Source: Spirochaetales bacterium (GTDB taxonomy: Bacteria; Spirochaetota; Spirochaetia; SZUA-6; JAFGRV01). Taken from it: a stretch of DNA of 64,000 bases. The position numbers and the translations under genes were made by a program. Below are positions 36,660 to 43,511 of this stretch, piece by piece. The stretch's first letter is position 1. Each line of letters starts with the position of its first letter. The notes beneath the pieces are model-generated. The model made no database searches. It was given only the letters and a program-made list of their open reading frames with translations, and was not told the DNA's origin. The stretch spans positions 15,118 through 79,117 of the forward strand of contig JAFGWI010000056.1 in assembly GCA_016937215.1 (NCBI GenBank). Direction: 5' to 3'.

Positions 36660-36814
36660 TTTTGGGCGTTGCCTGCCGCCCGGGGGCCTGGCAGGCCGGG
36701 CTTTACGCAGCTCCGCTTTGCTACGAAAGCCGGAAGCGCGAAATTATCGCGCTTCCGGCTTTCAAAGTGCGGGTTTTGAAAAACCCGCACTTTGCAGCTT
36801 CAATCCCTAACGCG
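36660..36814 (+). repeat. structured intergenic element, family 1, copy A (reference copy)
   Basis: TTTTGGGCGTT. P2 GCCTGCC(36671-77)/GGCAGGC(36690-96). CGGGCTTTACGCAGCTCCGCTTTGCTACGAA. P3 36728-36760 (loop AAATTAT). P4 36767-36790 (GTGCGGGTTTTGAAAAACCCGCAC). ATCCCTAACGCG. It starts 17 nt after the fabV stop. Confidence 0.8.
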
Positions 36815-36825
36815 TTTCAGGCGAA

Positions 36826-37210
36826 TTGCCTTTGAACAGGATCGTGAGCAATCAGGGGGGGGGCGAAAGAACCACCCACAGCTTCAGAAAGCCTGTATTA
36901 AAAAGAGCCCTGATCGATTTTAATCAGCTCTATCGAAAGAGCCGTTTATTTCTTGAGTATGTGCTTTTGCCTGGTATCAACGATAGTGAAAAGGATGCCA
37001 GAGAGGCGGCCGGCTTTGGCCGCGGCCTTAAAACCACGGTCAACTTGATTGCCTATAATCCGGGAAGCCGCCCTCTTGACTTTGCGGCCCGATGACAAGG
37101 CTATGGGCTGTTTTTTTGATCTGCTCTGGTCTCATGGCCAGGCCTGCCGCATGGGCGATTCCAAGGGTCGTGAGATCATGGCTGGCTGCGGGCAACTGGT
37201 TTATCATTGA
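36826..37210 (+). pseudogene. rlmN: C-terminal remnant of an RlmN/Cfr-family radical SAM methyltransferase, 5'-truncated and frameshifted
   Basis: RLFLEYVLLPGINDSEKDAREAAGFGRGLKTTVNLIAYNPGS... stops at 37093-37095. The next frame continues PDDKAMGCFFDLLWSHGQACRMGDSKGREIMAGCGQLVYH* (stop 37208-37210). Together these match the last ~120 aa of RlmN (...EYVML..VND...NLIP.NP...G.DI.AACGQL). The radical SAM core is absent, and a G9 run lies at 36855-36863. Confidence 0.7.
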
Positions 37211-37250
37211 TGCTCCTTGTAATCAACAAAAAGCCGGCTGCCTCTTTACC

Positions 37251-37390
37251 GCGCGAGGGATTGAAGCGGAAACCCCGCAGCAGCCCGCCAGAGCCGGCCT
37301 TTGACTGGAAGGAAAAGGCTAAGGTTCTGGCTAAAAGGGGCTGCGAGGAGTTGCAGCGGAAAGCCCGACCCTCCGGGGCGCGCCCAAAAA
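37251..37390 (-). repeat. structured intergenic element, family 1, copy F (E/F subfamily)
   Basis: Reverse complement reads TTTTTGGGCGCGCCCCGGAGGGTCGGGCTTTCCGCTGCAACTCCTCGCAGCC...GGGGTTTCCGCTTCAATCCCTCGCGC. Confidence 0.6.
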
Positions 37391-37489
37391 GATAAAAAAA
37401 TGATGTTCCCATGCTTTTTCCCTGGTTCTTTTTGATTCTAAAACTTGAAGAATTGAATTCCATGGCCTACAATTAATGCAATCGCGATT

Positions 37490-39754
37490 ATGATAAACAA
37501 GAAACGGCCCTTGATTGGCCTCATTATTAATGAACTGGATACAAGCTATCAGAGTTTTATCTGGCAGGCCATAAAATCCCATGCCGGGGACTATGATATT
37601 GATCTCTTTGTGTTTCCCGGCAAGCCCCTTCAGTCGCCCTATTTGTATGAACAGGAGCACAATATCATTTTTTCCTGGGCAAAAACAGTGCCTCTTGATG
37701 GAATTTTGCTGGCTTCAGGTCCTATTTCTCAATTCGTTGGGGTAGAGGGGTTGAAGGAATTCATCACACACTTTGGGGACATTCCCATGGTGAGTATTTC
37801 CGTGCCGATTGAAGGGGTGCCGTCAATATTAATTGACAATCAGTCAGCTGTTCTGGATGCGGTGGAGCATCTTGTTACTGAACATGGAATCAAACGCCTG
37901 GCCTATATTTCAGGCCCCAAAAAACATCTGGAGGCTGAGCAGCGCTATCTGGGTTATTTAAAGGCCTTAAAGGAATTCAAGCTGGAGGCTGATAATGAAT
38001 TGGTTGTGTGGGGTGATTTTACCCAGGAATCGGGGGAAAGGTCCATTCAGGAGCTTCTGGACAGGCGTAATGTAAAATTTGATGCTATTCTGGCAGCCAA
38101 TGATCCTTTGGCCATGGGGGCGATCAAGGCTCTGGAACAACGGGGTATAATCGTGCCTCAAAATATGGCGGTGGTGGGTTTTGATGATATCGAGGAGGCT
38201 GAGTATTTTACGCCTTCATTAACAACCATAGCCCAGCCCATCAATTATGCCGGTAAAATCGGTCTGGATTTGCTCATGGCCCAGCTTTTGGGTCAGCATG
38301 TGGATAATAACTATTATCTGCCGACTGAGTTGAAAATACGCCATTCCTGCGGTTGTTATTTTAAAAATATCAAGCCCGCTAAAGTTCCGAACATGCAGAT
38401 TTTTATTGTGGATGTGACCTTTGAAAAGGCTGTCATACAGAACCAGAAACAAATTCTTAATGATATTTCCAAGTTTATTACCTTGAGTGAAAAGGATTGT
38501 CTGTCACTTCTGGAGGCCTTTCATCATAACTGGAAATCCAAGGATTATATCCGAAACATGATGGACAGTTTTTACAAGATTCTGGAACCCAATACCCGAG
38601 GAGAGGAACAGCTCAGTATGTGGTGGGTGGCTTTGCAGCATCTTCAACCTTTATTGATGAATTACTGTTCTTCTCAGGATGATATTTACCGGCTTTACAT
38701 TTTTTTTGAACGGGCCGCCATTTTGATCAAGGAGCTCAGCGAGAACCTGAAAGTAAACCGGCGGTTAAGGTTGCAGCAGAAAACCATGTATTTGCAGACA
38801 GTGAATCAGCTTTTATTTTCACAGCTAAACCGCTTTGACCGCCACGTGGCTTTGAAGCAAAGCCTTGTTCAGCTGGGGGTGGAGGAATGCTCCATTTATA
38901 ATTTTATCCAGGAACTTAATTCCGCCCATGACGGTTTTTGGGTGCTTCCCCATCGTTTTAATCTGTTCTGGGCTACTGAGAATCCATCGGAGCAGGGGAA
39001 AATTCTTTCTCACGATGAGTTTTTAATGCCTTTGCTTAAGCGTGACAAGGGCCATATTTATGTGTTTCAGCCCCTTTTTCTGGGCTCCCGGCATTTTGGT
39101 TTACTGATTTTAGGCGAGGTTGATGATGCGATTATCTATGAATCCCTTCGTGTTGTAATTTCTAGCTTTTTTCTGGGGCGGGAGCTTTTTGATAAACAAA
39201 AAGAAACTGAATTGCAACTTCAGAAAACCCTTAGGGAATTGAAAAACGCCAACCGCGAATTGCAGGTTATGTCCGTAAGGGACAAATTAACCGGTTTATT
39301 GAACCGCCGGGGCTTTGATTCCTTAAGTGAAAAATTCGCCAGCTTGGCTGAGAATATGAAAAGCGATATCTGCTTTTTTTTCGCTGATCTTGATTATCTG
39401 AAGATGATCAATGATACCTATGGCCACCAGGAAGGGGATTTTGTGATTCAGGAGGTAGCTGATATTTTGCGCCGGGTTTTTGACAAAAACGATGTGGTGG
39501 CCCGAATCGGCGGTGATGAATTTGTGATTTTGGCCCATGCCCGATGCGAGGACGACCTGATGGTCTATAAAAAGCGGATTATCGAGGAAGTCGCTGTTTC
39601 CAACCGCCGCTTGAAAAAACCCTTTGAAATATCCATTAGCCTGGGAACAGCCTATTCACCTGCCACAAAACCAGTGCCCCTGGTAACCCTCACAGCCATG
39701 GCAGATGAAGAGCTGTACCGCGAAAAAAAAGGCCGCGGCCGGGACCGGGACTAA
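37490..39754 (+). CDS. LacI-type (PBP1) sugar-binding-like domain + middle region + GGDEF diguanylate cyclase (paralog of 11341-13626)
   Basis: 754 aa. LIGLIINELDTSYQSFIWQAI...ILAANDPLAMGAIKALEQRGIIVPQNMAVVGFDD (PBP1). LTGLLNRRGF...YGHQEGD...RIGGDEF. No HTH and no signal peptide. Confidence 0.8.
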   Translation: MINKKRPLIGLIINELDTSYQSFIWQAIKSHAGDYDIDLFVFPGKPLQSPYLYEQEHNIIFSWAKTVPLDGILLASGPISQFVGVEGLKEFITHFGDIPMVSISVPIEGVPSILIDNQSAVLDAVEHLVTEHGIKRLAYISGPKKHLEAEQRYLGYLKALKEFKLEADNELVVWGDFTQESGERSIQELLDRRNVKFDAILAANDPLAMGAIKALEQRGIIVPQNMAVVGFDDIEEAEYFTPSLTTIAQPINYAGKIGLDLLMAQLLGQHVDNNYYLPTELKIRHSCGCYFKNIKPAKVPNMQIFIVDVTFEKAVIQNQKQILNDISKFITLSEKDCLSLLEAFHHNWKSKDYIRNMMDSFYKILEPNTRGEEQLSMWWVALQHLQPLLMNYCSSQDDIYRLYIFFERAAILIKELSENLKVNRRLRLQQKTMYLQTVNQLLFSQLNRFDRHVALKQSLVQLGVEECSIYNFIQELNSAHDGFWVLPHRFNLFWATENPSEQGKILSHDEFLMPLLKRDKGHIYVFQPLFLGSRHFGLLILGEVDDAIIYESLRVVISSFFLGRELFDKQKETELQLQKTLRELKNANRELQVMSVRDKLTGLLNRRGFDSLSEKFASLAENMKSDICFFFADLDYLKMINDTYGHQEGDFVIQEVADILRRVFDKNDVVARIGGDEFVILAHARCEDDLMVYKKRIIEEVAVSNRRLKKPFEISISLGTAYSPATKPVPLVTLTAMADEELYREKKGRGRDRD

Positions 39755-39788
39755 GAGGCTCCCGAAAGGAGTGTTTGGTCCAGGAGTT

Positions 39789-40427
39789 TTATAAAGCTGT
39801 TTTTTCCAGCTCTTGCTTAAAATAAACCGCCAGATTTCTTAGCACACGATGGTAGGGGCTATCTTTTCCCCGGCTCAGATAGGAACGGGCATCGTGAATA
39901 TAGGACAAACAAATCCTTGCCTGAGCTTTGATCTGGCTGAGCTCAAAGTCGAGAAACTGCAAAAAAGCCTTTTCAAAATGCTTCTGGCCTATGATAAAAT
40001 AGCGGTCCTCCACCTTGGCTTCTGTTGAAAAAAGCCGGTGATATTCTTCCAGATGATTTTTGAAAACCGGATCATACCAAGCTGCCCAAAACTGAATTTC
40101 CTGCCATATTTTTTCAAAACGGGGGTCCTGACGTTTAACCATGACAAATGGCAGATCAAGAATTTTGTAATGATGGAGGTACTGAAACAAAGCTTCCCTG
40201 GCCTTGGCTCGGTATAACGCGGTCGAATCAAGGGGGGCTTCAGCGGAAAAATCGGTTTTGAGAAAAAAGTCACGGGCTTCCTGATATTGCTCCTGAAGCT
40301 TGATAAAGGCCCTGTTACTGCCGCCCAGATCAGGATGCTCTTTTTTGCTGAGCTTTCGAAAGCGGGCTTTCAGATCCTCAGGTGTGACTTTTTGTTTATG
40401 ATTAAATTCCTCGATAAAAGGATTCAT
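39789..40427 (-). CDS. J-domain (DnaJ-like) protein
   Basis: 212 aa. DLKARFRKLSKKEHPDLGG contains the HPD motif. The remainder is unassigned. Confidence 0.7.
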   Translation of the reverse strand: MNPFIEEFNHKQKVTPEDLKARFRKLSKKEHPDLGGSNRAFIKLQEQYQEARDFFLKTDFSAEAPLDSTALYRAKAREALFQYLHHYKILDLPFVMVKRQDPRFEKIWQEIQFWAAWYDPVFKNHLEEYHRLFSTEAKVEDRYFIIGQKHFEKAFLQFLDFELSQIKAQARICLSYIHDARSYLSRGKDSPYHRVLRNLAVYFKQELEKTAL

Positions 40428-40807
40428 TCCAGGATTATAACCCTAAAAACAGGCTAGGACAATGGCTTTATGAGCAAAGTAATTTGTTCTATTGAAACCT
40501 GTATCCTTCACACCTCTTTGCTTTGTTCAGGGTAACAGCCATGATGCCGCTGAACCCTTGCCCATTCCTGAAAAATCCCTGTTTTTCGGGAATTTCATTA
40601 AAAAACCAATAAAAACTGAAATATTTCTTGCTTTTTTAGAAAAAAAACTTTTATTTTAAGGGCAAAATGATTTATAATTCAGTAAAACCTTTGAAAATTT
40701 TAAATTAATTGTAACAAAAGGTTAACAGGATTTAAGAAAGAAACCATCCTTTCTTTATCGCAAAATGATCTAATGATTTATGATCAACATGACAAAAAGG
40801 GAGTATC

Positions 40808-41224
40808 ATGGAGGATAAACCTATATTAATTGTCGAGGATGAAATTATCTTTTCTCTGTTTCTGAAAATGGAATTGATGGATTTTGGCTTTAAAAAAGTG
40901 GAAACCGCCTCTTCGATACCCAGAGCTTTGAATTTAATCGAAATCTTTGAACCGGAATTACTGATTATGGATGTGAATTTGCGCGACAACGCCGACGGCA
41001 TTGACCTTTCCAAGGAAATACGCAAACGCCTAAACCGGGAAATTCCCGTGATTTTCATATCCGGGGAACATCAGAACAACATCAACCAACGACTGGAAGC
41101 GGAAATGGCCGATAGTCACTATTTGTTTTTATCAAAGCCCATTCGCGAAAAAGAGCTGATTCAGACAATCGAATCCTTTATACGTGAAGTGATCGAGCCC
41201 CGTTTTGTCTCCGAGGCTGTATAG
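40808..41224 (+). CDS. single-domain response regulator (CheY-like receiver)
   Basis: 138 aa. ILIVEDE...LLIMDVNL...LSKP pattern. Confidence 0.85.
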   Translation: MEDKPILIVEDEIIFSLFLKMELMDFGFKKVETASSIPRALNLIEIFEPELLIMDVNLRDNADGIDLSKEIRKRLNREIPVIFISGEHQNNINQRLEAEMADSHYLFLSKPIREKELIQTIESFIREVIEPRFVSEAV

Positions 41225-41253
41225 TTCCCTCTGAGTTCTATCAGCTAAGATAG

Positions 41254-41409
41254 TTTTTGGGCGTTGCCTGCTCCCGCTGTGCTCCGCAGGCCGGGCTTTG
41301 CGGGGCTCCGGCTATTGCCTCCGAAGCTTTTTGCGTGAAATTATCACGCAAAAAGGCTTTTCAGGCTTTTTTTGAAAAAAAAGCCTTCACCCCTTTAATC
41401 CCTAACGCG
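41254..41409 (+). repeat. structured intergenic element, family 1, copy B
   Basis: TTTTTGGGCGTTGCCTGC...GCAGGCCGGGCTTTGCGGGGCTCCGGCTATTGCCTCCGAA, hairpin GCTTTTTGCGTG-AAATTAT-CACGCAAAAAGGC, hairpin AGGCTTTTTTTGAAAAAAAAGCCT, then AATCCCTAACGCG. It starts 30 nt after the receiver gene stop. Confidence 0.8.
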
Positions 41410-41443
41410 GGAAAGTGCTAAACGGGAAGCAATGATCACCAGA

Positions 41444-42490
41444 TTAGGGCAAACAAATAAACCGGGTGTTCTTTTTTTCCAGGCATTTTTCGAGCTCACC
41501 CACTATTTTTCTATAAACCGAAGCCATGGGAAAATCTCCGATTTTATCCAAAGGAATCCAGCAACCCTTTTCTTCGTTCAAGCTTATGGTGCTTTCAAGT
41601 CTGAATACCAGGGGCAGGAGCTGGTCCTTGTATTTGGTGTAAAGATGGTTTTGTATTTTCAAAACCAGGGGGCCTTTAAAATCAGCATCATGTTTTTTCA
41701 GCCATTCAAGAACAGGGGATAGCTCATGGCCTTGGAGCGCGGGAAAAACCCATAGGCCCTTTAAAAGGCCCTGTTTTTTTTCTGTCATAAGAATGTGATT
41801 GTGGTGAACACAGATAATAAGGCAAGTTTTTTTAATGATCTGCCTGGAGCTAGTGGCCTCGGGTATTTCATTTTGACGATTTTCCTTATGTGCCAGGCAA
41901 AGGCTATTAAAAGGGCATTGGCCGCATTGGGGTGAGCTTTTTGTACAGATTTTCTGGCCCAGCTCCATCATGGCTTCATTAAAATCACCAGCCGGGCCCG
42001 GCTTTATCCACTTATCCAGGCAGGCGCTTGCCTGGGTTTCCCTTTCCTTGTTCCACTTTGGCCATAAAAAAATACGGCATAGGATACGCTTGATATTGCC
42101 GTCAATAACAGGGTGGGGAAGTCCGAAGGCAATGCTGCTGATAGCAGCGGCTGTGTAGGGGCCTATGCCCGGAAGTTTTAAAAGCTCTTTGTAATCTTTG
42201 GGCAGCTCTGTTCCAGCCGCGTCGAGAACCTGGGCACTTTTGTGAATATTACGGGCCCGGGAATAATAACCCAGGCCTTCCCACTGCCGAAGAACCTCCT
42301 GCTCCGATGCCTGGGCAAGGCTATTGATTGTGGGAAAGCGTTTCATCCAGGCAGTGTAATAATCTCTAACAGCGGCAATAGTGGTCTGCTGAAGCATGAT
42401 TTCTGAAATCCATATTCCATAGGCCTCTTTACTAGACCTCCAGGGATGGTTTTCCCTGTTCTTGCCAAACCAGTAAAGCAGTTTTTTCAC
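41444..42490 (-). CDS. mutY: A/G-specific adenine DNA glycosylase MutY
   Basis: WISEIMLQQTTIAAV, HhH-GPD region LPGIGPYTAAAI, Fe-S cluster CTKSSPQCGQCPFNSLC, and a NUDIX-like C-terminus. The track ORF extends to 42658 but overlaps the upstream ORF. I prefer GTG 42490 (VKKLLYWF...), which has a weak RBS, so the start is uncertain. Confidence 0.8.
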   Translation of the reverse strand: MKKLLYWFGKNRENHPWRSSKEAYGIWISEIMLQQTTIAAVRDYYTAWMKRFPTINSLAQASEQEVLRQWEGLGYYSRARNIHKSAQVLDAAGTELPKDYKELLKLPGIGPYTAAAISSIAFGLPHPVIDGNIKRILCRIFLWPKWNKERETQASACLDKWIKPGPAGDFNEAMMELGQKICTKSSPQCGQCPFNSLCLAHKENRQNEIPEATSSRQIIKKTCLIICVHHNHILMTEKKQGLLKGLWVFPALQGHELSPVLEWLKKHDADFKGPLVLKIQNHLYTKYKDQLLPLVFRLESTISLNEEKGCWIPLDKIGDFPMASVYRKIVGELEKCLEKKNTRFICLP

Positions 42491-42539
42491 ACACTTTTCA
42501 TAAACAAGGGGTGAAATGGATAATTCCTTGTGTGTTTTT

Positions 42540-42812
42540 TTATTTCTTGAAATGGGAAAGAACCTTTTGTTTGCCTGTTGTGGTGAGTTTGCTGAAAAGT
42601 TTTTCTCTGTTTTCAGAAAAGCTTCTGTACCAGTTGGTATTATCAGGAAAAATGGCAATGAGCTTTTGCTTGTCCAGTTGCAGCACCATGTCTATAAACA
42701 TGGAGTCAGACATCATGACATCGTCCTGTATTTGAGTGATGGGAATTGAATCGCTTTTCAATGTTGTTGTTCTTTTGTGAATTGCCAAAAGAATGTCAAT
42801 TTTGGAAATCAT
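42540..42812 (-). CDS. hypothetical 90-aa protein
   Basis: AAGGA lies 6 nt before ATG 42812 (MISKIDILLAIHKR...). No recognisable domain. Confidence 0.4.
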   Translation of the reverse strand: MISKIDILLAIHKRTTTLKSDSIPITQIQDDVMMSDSMFIDMVLQLDKQKLIAIFPDNTNWYRSFSENREKLFSKLTTTGKQKVLSHFKK

Positions 42813-43044
42813 GGCTTTTCCTTTGTTTGTAATGTAATTATCCTGTTTGTTCCACGACTGGAATAAATCCTGACCATTAACAGGTTTTACAAATTTTATT
42901 AAGTTCGGTGAAAAAAGCAAGGGGTATTTGTTTATTCTGTCATGAATTTACTTATGATTATCAGTTTTTGTTTGCTTGAATTAGGCGGGACAGGAAGGAT
43001 GAATAAACTCAGGGCAATCGCATTATAATTTTTATAGTTGTTTT

Positions 43045-43227
43045 GTCACTCAGAGCTACCAACCACCGTCACTCTGTGCTATCACCCCCCGTCATTCAGA
43101 GCTACCACCCCCGTCATTCTGAGCTATCACCCCCTGTCATTCAGAGCTACCACCCTCCGTCATTCTGAGCTACCACCCTCCGTCATTCAGAGCTACCACT
43201 CCCCGTCATTCAGAGCTACCACCCCCC
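43045..43227 (+). repeat. tandem direct repeat, 8 units of 22-23 nt (consensus GTCATTCWGAGCTACCACCCYCC)
   Basis: Unit starts at 43045, 43068, 43091, 43113, 43136, 43159, 43182 and 43205. There are no spacers. The ORF-track entry 43038..43265 is just this array translated. Confidence 0.95.
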
Positions 43228-43381
43228 GTCATTCTGAGCAAAGCGAAGAATCTCATTTGGCATAGACCAATTGTATTCACTAACAAAAGCCCCAAACCAG
43301 GCGAGATTCTTTTAGGACGCATAGCCGAGCAATAAACGCGGAGTGTTTATGACCAGGCCCGTCCTTCCTTCTCAGAATGAC
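43228..43381 (+). repeat. palindromic intergenic element of the GTCATTCTGAG...CTCAGAATGAC type (copy 2)
   Basis: GTCATTCTGAGCAAAGCGAAGAATCTC...GAGATTCTTTTAGGACG...CGTCCTTCCTTCTCAGAATGAC. Its 5' arm is the sequence that is tandemly amplified immediately upstream. Confidence 0.7.
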
Positions 43382-43511
43382 AAGTGGTTGAAACATTATT
43401 CTTTTAATGCGATTGCCCGGTTAATAAACTATGAAAAACTTGATTTTTTTTCTATTATATGAGATAATGAACCATTAATTTCAGTGAGTGATTTAAAACT
43501 TAGGAGGATTT

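Larger units (their letters stand above)
43002..43430. mobile_element. 429-bp non-coding composite element: 8-bp direct repeats, 14-bp perfect terminal inverted repeats, internal 23-nt tandem array and palindromic module
   Basis: AATAAACT occurs at 43002-43009 and 43423-43430. GGGCAATCGCATTA at 43012-43025 is the exact reverse complement of 43405-43418. Confidence 0.6.

Noticed and set aside
36660-36814. Family-1 elements as integron attC sites (CCCTAAC / GCGTT resemble RYYYAAC / GTTRRRY cores)
   Set aside because: The order is wrong: GCGTT lies at the 5' end and AACGC at the 3' end on either strand, the opposite of attC. Neither core satisfies the consensus, there is no integrase, and the flanking genes are ordinary housekeeping genes rather than cassettes.
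36344-37463. ORF-track entries running through GC-rich repeats. Examples here: 36344..36790(-), 36647..36835(+), 37092..37304(+), 37176..37463(-). Elsewhere: 8583..8825, 8752..8940, 25143..25748, 25373..25702, 5397..5609, 5514..5708, 43038..43265
   Set aside because: They are open only because the GC-rich repeats lack AT-rich stop codons. They overlap each other on both strands, have no RBS, and their products are low-complexity P/G/A/R strings that follow the repeat consensus.
40438-40545. A third copy of the GTCATTCTGAG-type palindromic element upstream of the J-domain gene
   Set aside because: The 3' arm (GTATCCTTCACACCTCTTTGCTTTGTTCAGGGTAACAG) is convincing. The matching 5' arm is only a weak resemblance (ATTATAACCCTAAAAACAGG), so it is mentioned here rather than annotated.
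43045-43227. CRISPR array
   Set aside because: The 22-23-nt units are directly adjacent with no spacers, the units are too short, and no cas genes or leader are present. It is a plain tandem repeat.
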